A stretch of DNA of 64,000 nt from Podarcis vaucheri (lineage: Eukaryota), in NCBI GenBank assembly GCA_965113315.1, contig OZ220367.1; one strand, written 5' to 3'. Both the position numbers and the translations under genes were made by a program. How positions within the stretch are numbered: position 1 is the first letter of the stretch; every line of letters starts with the position of its first letter. Below, one piece after another: positions 50,354-62,857 of this stretch. The notes beneath the pieces are model-generated. The model was not told the origin of the DNA and made no database searches. It saw only the letters and a program-made list of their open reading frames with translations.

Positions 50354-53300
50354 TATTTGTATCTGCTATACAAAGCCAGATCCAATGTCTCTTAAAAGTA
50401 GCTGAACCCAGAACTCTCTTACCAACCCTACCCCATAAAACATATCCAGCATTCCTTCTGACAACTCCATACATCTTATACCATCTTTAGGTCCTCATGA
50501 TCTTGATATGCAAACCCACTTCCCTGCTTGATGACCTAATGCCAAGATCACCTTCAGATCCATGGGCATTAATGGGCCTGACCCAAGGCGGCCCTTTGAA
50601 AAGTGAGAGTGAGGATTCAAACTTAGATCTTGGTAAAACTAAGCGATGGAAATGCATGAACTGTATGATTCAAGCACATATGGCATCCTTTTGAAGCCTA
50701 TTGCTTGTTTAATCTCTTTCCTTGACTAGCTCTTTGTAAGTCACACCTACGTACTTGCGGCATAGTGATCTGAAGAGCTGAAATAGCCAAGAAAAATAAT
50801 TTTTGCAGAGCTGATCGACAATGTCTTGTGGCTCCTTGCTGGAAATAAGCACAGGGATAAGTTCCTCTTGAGGAGTTCCTGGTACAGAAGCTTGAGGAAT
50901 TCAATTTTTGTGAATTCCAGTATGACCCGCTCTGATCTGCACTTCCTGGATTAATGTGTGGAATTGAACAAGATCATGTTCCAGATTTTGCATGTCTGTG
51001 AATTTTGTAATGAAGTTCTCAATTCAAAAAAGTACCAAAATGCATTAAAAAGTATTTTAATATAGCATACATTTAAAAATGTGTACACTGTGATAAAATA
51101 TATATTTAAATACTTATTTGTGATTTTAAAAAATCAAATTCAAATTTTAAAGCATATTTAAAGAATTGCACATGAATATGATATGGACTTGAAAACAGAC
51201 CGATCCATCCATTCTAGCTTTTTGCTGACCCACAAGCTCCTTTCCTTATTATCTGAACCCTTGACTCACACCAGAAGCTACCCTCTTTACAAAAATATGA
51301 AGCACTCCATAGCTTTCAGCTGTTGTTCCCAGTTTCTCAACTTGTGATGGTCAAACAATGTGGGGTGGTCCAATTCCTCTCCTCCCACCCTTCTCATTCA
51401 TCCCTCTTCCTAATGAAGCATACTACCTGCTTTCTGCACCAAAGTTACTGGCCATCACTTAAGTGTGTAGTTATCACTCCTTCAAAGCTTGCAGTCTAGA
51501 AATCAGTCTTGCTCTTTGAAATAAGTAGTCCATACCCTGCTGATGTGTGTATAAAACCTAACACAGGAGAGCCACCTATGAAGTTTTATAACAGGGTGAA
51601 AGATCCCACAGTAATTTAAGATTCACCGAGAGACCTGCTATTAAGAATGGGGGACAGACTGAGGGGGAAGCTACTACATATCATTAGAGAACAGAACTAC
51701 TGCTTCACCTTGCTCATTGCCCAGTGATTGAGAGAGGCTGCTTGGCCAGGTTAAGGGAGCAGCTGACCCCCACACCCAGCTACAAAGACAGCAGACTACT
51801 AATGCATTGTGCTAGGGGAATGTGGCAGATCACCACGGCAAAAGACACAGGTTTTTGCTTACAGACACATATACAAAGCAACCACAGAAACGTTGCTTTG
51901 TTTCTTTGTTTTCTGTAGATTTGTTTGTTAGGTAGAGTCTTGTTTGCATTTGCACAAAAACTCAGTAAAATAAAAAAATAAAAAATAAAAAAGCAACCAC
52001 AAAACCCATATGGTGGCTTTTCTTTCCTGTTCTAACATAATGTACTCTGTTTTCAGGATACAGCATATGGATGATTCCAAAGCAAAAGTTACAGGAGGAA
52101 TCAAACATACTTCACCCAGCATGGAACAAAATTCCAAGCAAATCATGTTGCCAACTTTTGATGTATCGTTCCTCTATTGTGCTGTTTATCCATTGCTATT
52201 TTACTATGGTGTACCCCTCTACATCACTATGATCGAATCCTTAAAAACAAGGGTTTCAATTAACAAAATCTAACTTTGGAAAGCAGTCTACCCATCAAAA
52301 GAATGGTTTCCAAAGGAATAAACATTTCCTCACTGACTGAGACAGGGATGTTAGTTTCCCTATGGTTCCATCAAACTACAGCAACGTGGAAGGCAGGAAT
52401 ATTTGTACAGAACAGCTCTTTTACCTAAAGGCCAGTCAGATTTTTGGTTTTTAAAGAAAACTGTACAGCTTTAAGCCAGGGTGTATTAAAAGCCACTATT
52501 CACACTCCCTTGCTTGGGCAAGAATGGCCTATTAAACCTACAACATATCTGTTTTAGTTAACTTCTGGGTGGGGAGGGGACCAGGAGAGAAACAAAATGT
52601 ACTTAAATGCAGGGCTCCCCCCCTCCCTTGGGCTGAATGCCTTTCATCCAATAAGACATTCAAAGCAGTGACCCAGCAAATGGATTGAAAAAGCAATCTT
52701 CCGTCTGAGTGCCACATTATCCTTCCTATTCAGTATTCTCCGAGAGAGATCTCAATCAGCTGGGTGCGTGTGTAAGAGACAGCGCAGCCCATTGCTGGGT
52801 TAATTAAACATTTGACTTTAACACCCTCCCATCATTAAGCAAATAAAAACAGATAATTCAAACCACACTTCATACATAAGGTACACAACAGACGTCAAAA
52901 ATTTAGAGAGGCCCAGGCCCCCAGGGGAGTTCCACTGGGGAGATAATCAGTTTAAATCTTAGCTGGTTTATCAATTATTCTATTGATTAAAGTGGCGTGA
53001 TTATGCAAGACTCTGCTTTGCCACATGGGATAAACGTCAGAGCAAGACAAACTCGGAAGGCTCAAAACAGTTTTGGAAAGCCAAGAGACCAATATGAGTT
53101 CATTACAACTCACTTGAGGCACACAAATGAGAAAACTGATTTTGCTTTGTTTATTTTAGGGTGACAGAAGCATTTCTGATCAGAACTCTTTTTGTGTTGT
53201 TATCTCAACTGAAGCTCTACAAAAATGCATGTCATGGAATTTAGGCATCTTTTTCCTCACATTCAAATAGAAAACTAATCCTGGAATACATTTAATAGAT

Positions 53301-54796
53301 GCTGGTTCAATAATGAAAGATACAGAATTTCTTGTGCCCAAACAAGCACTTAAGCATCTTACAGCACTCATATGTACCTTCCGGTCATTGGGATTTTGAG
53401 TCAAAAATTCACACACATTATAATTTGGAAGCGGGGAAACCTGAGCTTTAAAGCTGATCAGATTTTAGTAATGAAGTGACATCATAAAGTAGTTGGGGGC
53501 AAGAGCAAGGCAAAAAGGAGGGCTATATAGTCACTGCATTGCAGTCCAGGAAAAAAAGCAGGAAAAGAGGTTCTAGTCACACCACCATTTTTCTGAGGCC
53601 CGGGGCGGGGGTGAGGTGAATTAGATTTACAAAATCTGGAGAAAGGAACAAAAAATAAACCAGAAACTGTGTGTCTTTCAATGTACAAATTCCAATCAGA
53701 GGAGAAATAATCTTTGTATATGGACATGGACACACTGGTTCAAGATGGCTAGTTATGTCTGCAATTAGTATGACCATTACTAAGTGATGGCACTTTCTGT
53801 TTAAAAACAGTGTGATTGCTATAACAACATGGTTAAACAGTTTGACAAAATATTCAATTAATGTGGTCTGTTAATTCCTCTTCAGAACATCTCCATGGCA
53901 AGATGTTTCTTTCATTTGGACAAGGCCATATTGAGGTCTACAGTCTATTTCTACAGATAAACACATATAGACCTTCCTTTCTGTTTATAACAATATAAAT
54001 GACTTTATTTTATTTTCCATCCTATTTGCTAAATGGTTAGATAATGCACTTAGGTATCTGAAGAGTGTAGAATTCCTTCTCTAACACTAGGTATATTTGT
54101 AATTGTTTGAGTTTCTTAAAAACAACCCTTAAAGAATGTATACTTTAAAATGAAATGAAAGATATCATGTGCTACCTAAATTATGCATAACTCATTTCAC
54201 GTTCTTATTTGCAACATACTTTACTACTGTGTGAGATATACTTCAATCTCACCCATTCCCAAAATGTTAATAGCTTCAACATTACCAGAAATTTTATATC
54301 TTGATTCTGAAAGCTTTATTTTAAGCTAAATAATTCCTTGAAGACTCACAAGATGATATCTAGCAGATCACCCAACCCCCAAATGAAGCTTCAATGTGAT
54401 AACCTTGGCTGAGTCAGCCTCATTCTTTTCAGGCTTCTTCGTGTCTTTTTTCTTATTCTACCATTTCTGAATTTAAAACTCTTAGGAATAGTAAGCTTTG
54501 TTGAATAAGCATTTGGTGCACATTTTGCTGTTGTAAATCAATTCATCAGCCCAGATTAAATTTAAGAAATCTATAATCTCAGGAAATCTCCATCTTCCCC
54601 CTTGGAATCCAACGCTGAAAAGCACTGAACAGATGCAAGTGCAATTCATTTCTATAGGGATGCGTCAGCTGATCACCTTGAATTGCCATGTGCAGAAACA
54701 AACGTGCAGGAAAGAAGTTAAATTAGCCAGCTGCAGCCAAAATGAGAAAATTGTGCAGGACTGAAAAAATAAACAAATTTGGTGTGGCATAAGCAC

Positions 54797-54953
54797 TTGT
54801 AGACCACAGCCTACTTCAAATGCAGGAAGTTTCCTGGCCACAGAGAGTATCTGATAAAGTGCAACATGAGCCTTTGTAGACTCCAATCAATGACATCAGA
54901 TGAGCACAGTAGACAGGAAACTTCCTGCATAGAAAGTAGGCTGCAGCTTACAA
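54797..54953. repeat. Imperfect inverted repeat, arms about 59 bp, loop 39 bp
   Basis: cagcctacttcaaatgcaggaagtttcctg...atctgat pairs with atcagat...caggaaacttcctgcatagaaagtaggctg. Confidence 0.85.
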
Positions 54954-56856
54954 AAAGCTGCCACAATAAAGGATAACCTTCTAAATGTCTTGGTTAGGGT
55001 ATGTCAGGCACATGAGACCCCCACCTTGCAAAGGAGGTCTGTTTCAGTACATGGATGGGGCATTCCCTTGGGCTCCAGGGTGGAAGAAAGGCAGTATAAA
55101 TCTAAGAAAATAAGGTGCCTAGGGTACCTTTTGAAATGGCTGATACTGGGTTCAGAATCGTCTGACATTGTTTACTTGCTAACCTTGTAACAAATTATAT
55201 GTGCAATGTTGTCACTGAACTTATAAAAAAGAAAGGAGTGTGGTTGAGGACAGAGACAGATAGACACACTGGCTGATGGTTCCTTTTTTCATTGCTGTTA
55301 TTCAGAAGGTACTCAATGTTCACAAGACTAAATATAATTTATTCTAATGTATGAAATATGTGGTTGTAAGCATCTGGTTGGATACTGTTAGAACAGTATG
55401 ATGGACTACATGGGCCACTGGCATGATTCAGAAAGCTGTTCTTAAGTGTTGGTGCTGTCAAACACCACTCCATTGTTGTTGCTGTTGCTGTTGTTTGGAC
55501 ATGCCCAAAACTAGAACATTGGAACTCAGTCTTGATGGAAATAAGAGCTATCACTGGATGCAAATGACCAAAGACCCTTCAGGCAGCAGTAGATGGAATC
55601 ATTTGTGGGGCTGCGCCGTTCACCTCCTTCTTGCGGAGTCGCTGCAGCATACCGGAATGGAAAAAGGGAGGCGTGCAGCAGAAGCAGCAGGGTCAGTATA
55701 GTGCAAACACGCCAGCAGGACTGTTGTGTTTCCACCATCATGCACTTGTTGTCGTACCCCTCATCCTTTCTGTCCTCATAGGCTGCAACAACTCAACGGG
55801 ATGGAGGTCAGGTGAGTGCTGCAGTCCCACCACACCTTTAGGTATACTGTTTAGATGCCACACCGCAAGAAGATGTTGAGATGACAACCCATCTTTTAAC
55901 AGCAGCCTAGATGACCATATGTCAGGAATGGAAGCTCCAGCTCCAATAGAGGCATTGGTAACAAGAATCTGGAATACTCTTTAATTATTGTTTTGAATTT
56001 TGAGTCACTCATTTATAAATGCTTAATTACCATGATGAAATTTAAGAATGAAGTATTTAGAAAAATTGTGAATGTAAATTAGATTAATGTATTTAATTTG
56101 GAATAAGAGGAAATTATCCTATACAAAGGAAATTATTATGTAAATTGAAGTAAGCAATTTATACTAGAGCTATGATGCCTAATGGATTGAGAATTATTAT
56201 GTTAAAAAAACAACAACCCTGGAATTTTATGGAATTTTATTTAGGTATATTATCAGTAGAATAAAGTCAAGATATCTAAGGCTAACAATGGTTTCCCTCT
56301 TACCTAGCACCTTGCATTTTCAACTGTAGTTCCTATACAGAGCAGCCCACAGGCAGATCAATATTTACTAAGCCACTCTACTATTCAACGTGATCTTAAA
56401 AGATACCCTGGTCTTCCATCCCCTCGCCAGGGCATCTAATTATACTATACTCCATTGTACAAAGCAACCACTAGCTGCACTTTTGCCATTAGACGCAATA
56501 CATGACTGAGTTTCATCTTGGAGGTGTACAGGACTAGCTGGGAACCTAGAGGAAAAGGTGTGACAATGGCAACACACAAACCTGAGCTTGTGCTTCCTCA
56601 CTGTAGAGAACAGGGTACCCATGCAAGCTGCCCTGGAATTACATGCAAATCCAATTATACATTTAAGGTCCCTGTCCCCCTGCTGCTTCAGATCTCCAAT
56701 CTCTTGCAAAGCCAACTTAAAAAACCCCACACACAACAACTTACATTAACATGCTGTATTTTACCCTCGCCACCAGAAATACTAAGGGTGCTATTTGTAA
56801 TTGTATTCNNNNNNNNNNNNNNNNNNNNNNNNNNNNNNNNNNNNNNNNNNNNNNNN

Positions 56857-56964
56857 NNNNNNNNNNNNNNNNNNNNNNNNNNNNNNNNNNNNNNNNNNNN
56901 NNNNNNNNNNNNNNNNNNNNNNNNNNNNNNNNNNNNNNNNNNNNNNNNNNNNNNNNNNNNNNNN
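56857..56964 (-). CDS. BTRC: Probable masked BTRC exon 2 (human: 108 bp, CSMPRSLWLGC...TAFQ) inside the N block 56809-56964
   Basis: Bases are N. On the minus strand the block begins right after ...ttttttttccctgagtgtggtaactccttgccttAG, a canonical acceptor. I found no exon 2 in the readable sequence. The lower boundary assumes the human exon length. Confidence 0.6.
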
Positions 56965-59257
56965 CTAAGGCAAGGAGTTACCACACTCAGGGAAAAAAAA
57001 CAGGTTTCTATGAATTTTTATATCAAGAGCTAGTCCCAGGACAATTTAGGTTCAGAAATAGATTATTTTAAAAAAGCTTTTTGCACAGTGTATGAAATGG
57101 ATTCTTTACCACTTACAACTTAACTCTCCCCTACAGGCATTAAGGGGACTTGGACTTTCTGTAGAAAATACACGTTTCAGTAAGCGCCAACCGGCAGGAG
57201 GCAGTGAGGCTTCCTTAAAAAATAATGTTTTACTGAAATTAATGAATGATACCCATGCCAAATAGTATTCCGCTAAATGATGGAGTAATAAGGTGCTTTA
57301 ACTATACAACTCATGTTTTACCTGTGGGTTCCACAAAATTAAGACTGTATTCTTGAAGGGTAGCACTATAAATATACATTTAAGATACCCTCCTTTTAAA
57401 AACTGCTTCATGCTATTTATTTGGGATTGGCAAATTAACATTTCAGCTTAGTTTCACACAGGTTTTTCAGAGATTTCTCTTCCACAAAACCCTATGCAAA
57501 CAGAAACCTGGAAACTGTTTTTGTTGATGCACCATTTGAAGGAAGGGGGAGGAGACGTATGCACCTAAACCTAAAGCAAAGTTTGTATGTTGAAAATTAA
57601 TCCAACAGAAATTTATTTAAAGCAAATTTGGGGAAGAAATCCCATACATTTAAAACTGTGGCTAGTGCCTAAGAATCTACACCCAAGCGAGTGTGTACAG
57701 GGCCTAATTCTCACTAAATTGGTAAGCTTATGCCTAGACTGTACCATACAAAAATTGCCTCCACATAGCAAATCAGATGTTAGGAGAAGGATTCTAGCCC
57801 GACCTTTTCCCTGACATGCTTGTGTCCAGTGTGAATGGACGGGGGATAGAAGACTGTATAAAGTAGCATGATTCAGTCCTGTGAGGCCCACACTTGCAGT
57901 CTGTAGTGGTACGACGTCTGAAAGAACAAGGCCTAGTAGTAGCTGCAGCTCTAGGCATACTTTATAAGAAAAAAGTACCACTGAACTCAGTTGAATTTAC
58001 TGTATTTTAAATGTTTAGGGCTGGGTTGAAAAGGAAACCATCGAAAGTCTGGGTCATTCTGATTCTAGATCATCCCACAGAATGAATCACCCATTGAAGT
58101 TCTGCTTGAATGAATATCTCAGCAAAGCTCAATTCACAAAAGTTTGAAACTTCAACTTCAGATTTTCATTTACCAACTTAGTGGTAAACACAGAACGGTT
58201 GTAGATTTACAATACTTTATACTTACATTGTCCATAATTATGACGTAAAACTTGTAGAAATGAAGCTTTACCATTGCAAAGCCTCTATTAGATCCATTGA
58301 AAGATTATTTTGCAAGAACCATTAATCCAAGAAATAGCATTGTGGGAATTAGCAGAATTTCCCATTTCACACTGCAATTACTCAATTATCTTAAGTAAAT
58401 CCATAAATATATTTAGCTATTTTTGCATCAAAACCAACAGCTTTGAAGACACAGTCCATTAATAAGACAAGTGTGACTATATTTATAGGCTGAAAGGCTC
58501 AGGAAAGTATACTGTGAAGGGGTTCACTGACACCTAGATCTCATCTGCAAGTATAAAGCTACAGTTTACCCACATTTATCTGTACTTGTTTGGAATGAGG
58601 CATGATGTCAGTTCTATATGGAACACTAAATCTGTAACCAACCATGACTTAAAAGGAAGGACAATTAAGCGTTATCAAAACTTTCAATTTGTGGTAAATT
58701 TAATTTTTTTAATCAGTTGTTGTTTCATCAAAGATATAAGGAAAAGATACTCTTACAATTACAAGCAATGCCTTTAGCAAACACGTTAACAGAATGCTCT
58801 GGCACTGACTTTACTAGCAGGAGAACAGAGTACACCTATTTCTACGTTTAACAGGAGTTCTCCATGTAGCACATGCCAAATCCATTTTCCACTATGAAAC
58901 ATAAAGGAACTGAGAGCATTTAAGGTGATAAATATTTGCAAGAATAGGGTAGTCTACAATCTAAGGAAGTACATGCGGTGCAGCTATGTTTTAAAGGCAA
59001 TGGCTTTTTAAAACAAAAAACTGGTGTAATCAATAAAGCCCACTCTCATTAATGAAACGTGAAGTTCAAAAAAACTTGTGCTGGAATCATTGGAGCATCA
59101 ATTCTGCTACTCCTTCCTCATGTTAAAAGGACAAGGTGCTCTTTCTTTCTAGCAGTTGCACAGTACCACCAATGACCATTAGGTAGCAGCACAGTACGCA
59201 TGATCTCTCCACATGCATCTCCCTCCATGCTTTTCCTGCACAGCTTTGCTTTTGCTC

Positions 59258-59259
<2 letters not shown>

Positions 59260-59323
<64 letters not shown>
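59260..59323. repeat. (TC)n(AC)n compound microsatellite
   Basis: Seen directly. Confidence 0.95.
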
Positions 59324-59325
<2 letters not shown>

Positions 59326-59820
59326 AGCTGGTTCTAATTCAATTAGCACAGTCTGCAACTCCAGAAAAAGAGTAATTCAATTAGTGCATTGTGGGGCTCT
59401 GCAATACCTCTAAGCAGATGTTCACCAATCCTCGGGAACTCGGAGCTAGCTTTAAGAGTACCTGTACCCCATCCGGTTGGCACTACATATGTCATTTGTC
59501 AGAATAGCTTTCTGACTTCTAACAAGGAAAAGAAGGAAAATCCACTCTTGTGGACACAGGAGGTTTCCTTTTAAACATGATCAAGGTCCCCTACTAGCAA
59601 GCCCTTTGAATTCAGCATCTCAGGAAGAACAATGGATATTATACAAGGCTGGCAATTCATGAAGGGTTGAAACTGGGGTTATTCTATTGGAGAAGCCATC
59701 TGTATATTATTGGCTCTTTGTAATTTGTGCCAATGCTTGTGTGGTGTCGAGGACTTCCCTAAGAACAGGGCCCATTTTTACCATTACATTTAATGCAAAA
59801 TTTGTAATATTAGGGTTGAA

Positions 59821-59901
59821 TAATAAATAATAATAATAATTTATTATTTGTACCCCGCCCATCTGGCTGGGTTTCCCCAGCCACTCTGGGCGGCTTCCAC
59901 A
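59821..59901 (-). mobile_element. L2 3' UTR terminus
   Basis: Reverse complement of 25098-25170. Confidence 0.85.
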
Positions 59902-59930
59902 GAGACCAAAAATACACTTCAACCAGGTCC

Positions 59931-59998
59931 TACTCAGCACAGACCCAATGACCCAAACTTAGTCAAGTCCATTAACTACAATGGGTCTTCTCTGAGTA
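59931..59998. repeat. Short palindromic element (MITE-like)
   Basis: tactcagcacagacccaatg / caatgggtcttctctgagta arms. Confidence 0.6.
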
Positions 59999-60149
59999 TG
60001 TGTTGAATACCACCCTAGTGTTGAAGTGATAAACATGTGAGAAGTGATCAGGAATGTGCTAGTTGGAGGGTGAGGCAGAGGTAAAAAACTGTGAGCAAAA
60101 TTTTACTTTTTAGAAAAGACACACCTTACAACGTTGATAATATAGTGCA

Positions 60150-60228
60150 TGGCTGGTCACTTTGATAATCTCCTGATGTTTGGGACTAAAACTCCCATCA
60201 GCCCCAGCCAGCATAGTCAATGGTCAGT
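60150..60228. mobile_element. Fragment of a hAT-like MITE (URR1-like)
   Basis: aactcccatcagccccagccagcat shared with 5615-5700. Confidence 0.6.
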
Positions 60229-60396
60229 GTTTGTGTTTTTCAACATCACACAATCCAGAAACAATTACGTTCCTCTCCTTCTTCCAAACAGCAGCTTATC
60301 TATCTTGGAATACACTACCTTAGCAAAACTGAATACTACAGAAGATTCCCTCACTATGGAATGACATATAACATGGACTCTTGGTTGTGAGCCACA

Positions 60397-60742
60397 GCGG
60401 GTGGCGCTGTGGGTTAAACCACAGAGCCTAGGACTTGCCGATCAGAAGGTCGGTGGTTCGAATCCCTGTGATGGGGTGAGCTCCCGTTACTCGGTCCCTG
60501 CTCCTGTCCACCTAGCAGTTTGAAAGCACGTCAAGTGCAAGTAGATAAATAGGTACTGCTCTGGTGGGAAGGTAAACGGTGCTTCCGTGCACTGCTCTGG
60601 TTTGCCCGAAGCAGCTTAGTCATGCTGGCCACATGACCTGGAAGCTGTACGCCGGCTCCCACGGCCAGTAAAGTGAGATGAGCGCTGCAACCTCAGAGTC
60701 TTCCGCAACTTGACCTAATGGTCAGGGGTCCCTTTACCTTTT
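60397..60742 (+). mobile_element. Sauria SINE (Squam1), essentially full length
   Basis: A box gtggcgctgtggg, B box ggttcgaatcc (60455-60465), ggtccctttaccttt tail. Confidence 0.95.
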
Positions 60743-62342
60743 ATACAGACAGTAGTCAAGGTCAGGGAAGTAGCAGCAGAGATCAGTAGCTTCTGTACAA
60801 CTTTTTGCATCTTCAGTTTTTGACACAAACACAGATGCTATGGTAGGTGCACTTTAGTCAGCTTTTCTTGCAACATATAACAAGTTATGCCAACAGATAC
60901 TGCAGGGATTCTTGCACTTACCCTAGCTTGGCAAGAGTGAGAACTGAACAGGAAGGAAAAAAGGAAGGCAAGAAGGAAGGAAGGAATCCCACCCACCCCA
61001 CTAGAAATGCTAGATAATCACTTGCTTGCAGTGTACCTTTCACATGTGTCATGTCTGCCTAGTGAATTTCAGAGAGGGTAAAAGTAAAGGGTACAAACCT
61101 CCCCCCCCCTTTATTATTCTTTAAATAGCACAGCACACACATCTCAACTATACATTCCCTCGGGCAATGTATTCATTCATTTTGCTCTATAAACTCCTGT
61201 ACAGCTAATCTTTAGCCACCATGGATGTGTTTAGGTACGAATATCAAACTGATGATTTCGTTTCATTTCTGTCCTTCACAGTTACTACTTTCAATTCTGT
61301 CAGGTAGGGAGAGGGGTTTGTGGGGGGAGGAAGAAAAAAGAGAATCTCCCAGCCTGAAGAGTGTCCCTTTCAAACTAGGACCATTGCTTAAAACTGAGTG
61401 TCACAGACTATGGCAGTTCAATATTTCATAGCCAATACAAGGAATGAACACCACCACTGCAACTTTAAATCTTGGTAAATCCCCTATGTCAGCCTCTCCC
61501 TCTCATTGAAATGCCAGAGGGAGCAGCAATCAGAGAGGAGATGTTCAACGTGATAGAGGTCAGGACACCAGTGGATCAACGTACCAGAAACACGACCTTG
61601 TTTATTTTTTTCTCCAGTATTATTGTTTACAGGGTGCTTTGTTCATGTACCTTGTGGTTCTTAGCTAAAAGATGAAATTACAGCCCAGGATGGAGCGCTC
61701 AGGCACACATCCAATTTGTGTTTCCATCTCAGAAAACAAAAAGCTTTGGAGGCCCTCGGGCTGCCATTCAAACTTGGAGAGGCTGACATTTTTAACAGCA
61801 TGAACCAGAGACTGGCAGAGGGAATGATCGAATGCATTTCTAACTTGTCAATCAAAGATCTCACCTCTGCTGTCTTGTAAACAGTTGGGAGCCACCTAAG
61901 TACATTCATATATGGGGGACAAGCTAGCCACCAGCTAGGGGGCTGAAGCCATGGGCTTTTGCTGCCAGCCCCCAAAATTAAGATTTGGTTTTATAATCTC
62001 ACTGTAAATATCCTGCAGGTACTTTACTAGAACCAATGGAGCAGAACCAGGCTTGGAAATACTCTATGGATTTCAATCCACTGTGTTTCTCCTAGGTCAG
62101 TGGATCTTCTGACTATGGAGTCATCTTGCTTCCAATTATGGGCAGAAAGCATTCTGTTTATCACAACAGGTCACTAAAGAATTTCTTCAAAAGATGCTTC
62201 ACTACTATTGGAGCCTTAGAAATATACACAACAGAACATGGGGCTTTTTTTACAATCAGGTGGCATTTAATTTTACGGAATAAAATGAACAAACAACCAT
62301 ATGCCTGTTTAGTCTGTGATACACCATGCCAACAGGGATTTG

Positions 62343-62587
62343 TTTGGATTTGGATTTGGATTTGATATCCCGCCTTTCACTCCCCTTCAGGAGTCTCAAA
62401 GCGGCTAACATTCTCCTTTCCCTTCCTGCCCCACAACAAACACTCTGTGAGGTGAGTGGGGCTGAGAGACTTCAGAGAAGTGTGACTGGCCCAAGGTCAC
62501 CCAGCAGCTGCATGTGGAGAAGCGGAGACAAGAACCCGGTTCACCAGATTACAAGACTACCGCTCTTAACCACTACACCACACTGGC
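62343..62587 (-). mobile_element. tRNA-derived CORE SINE (Squam3-like), full length, (TCCAAA)n tail
   Basis: rc gccagtgtggtgtagtggttaagagcgg head, gggtgaccttgggccagtcac core, gttagccgctttgag L2-like end. Confidence 0.85.
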
Positions 62588-62782
62588 TTGTTGAATATAA
62601 ATATGCACAAAAGAAAGTACAATAGCCATAATCACAAAGGAATATTCTACAAATTCAGAAGAAAACTGCTACATTTGAAATATAATTTATACTGGACCCT
62701 TATAATTCTGCTTTGCCACTTTCATAGTATCCACTATCAGTTGACAGGATGAAACCTCCCTCACCTAAAAGCCTGTTCAAAG

Positions 62783-62857
62783 TGCAAGAGCCCTGCTGGA
62801 TCAGAACAATGGCCCAATTGGCCAAGCATCCTGTTCTCAGAGTGGTCAACAAGATAG
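62783..62857 (-). mobile_element. CR1-type 3' end remnant
   Basis: aagagccctgctggatcagaacaatggccca...agcatcctgttctcagagtggtcaac. Confidence 0.5.

Noticed and set aside
60397-60470. tRNA-like A and B boxes (also at 62500-62587 and 6560-6630)
   Set aside because: These are SINE heads continuing into SINE bodies, not tRNA genes.
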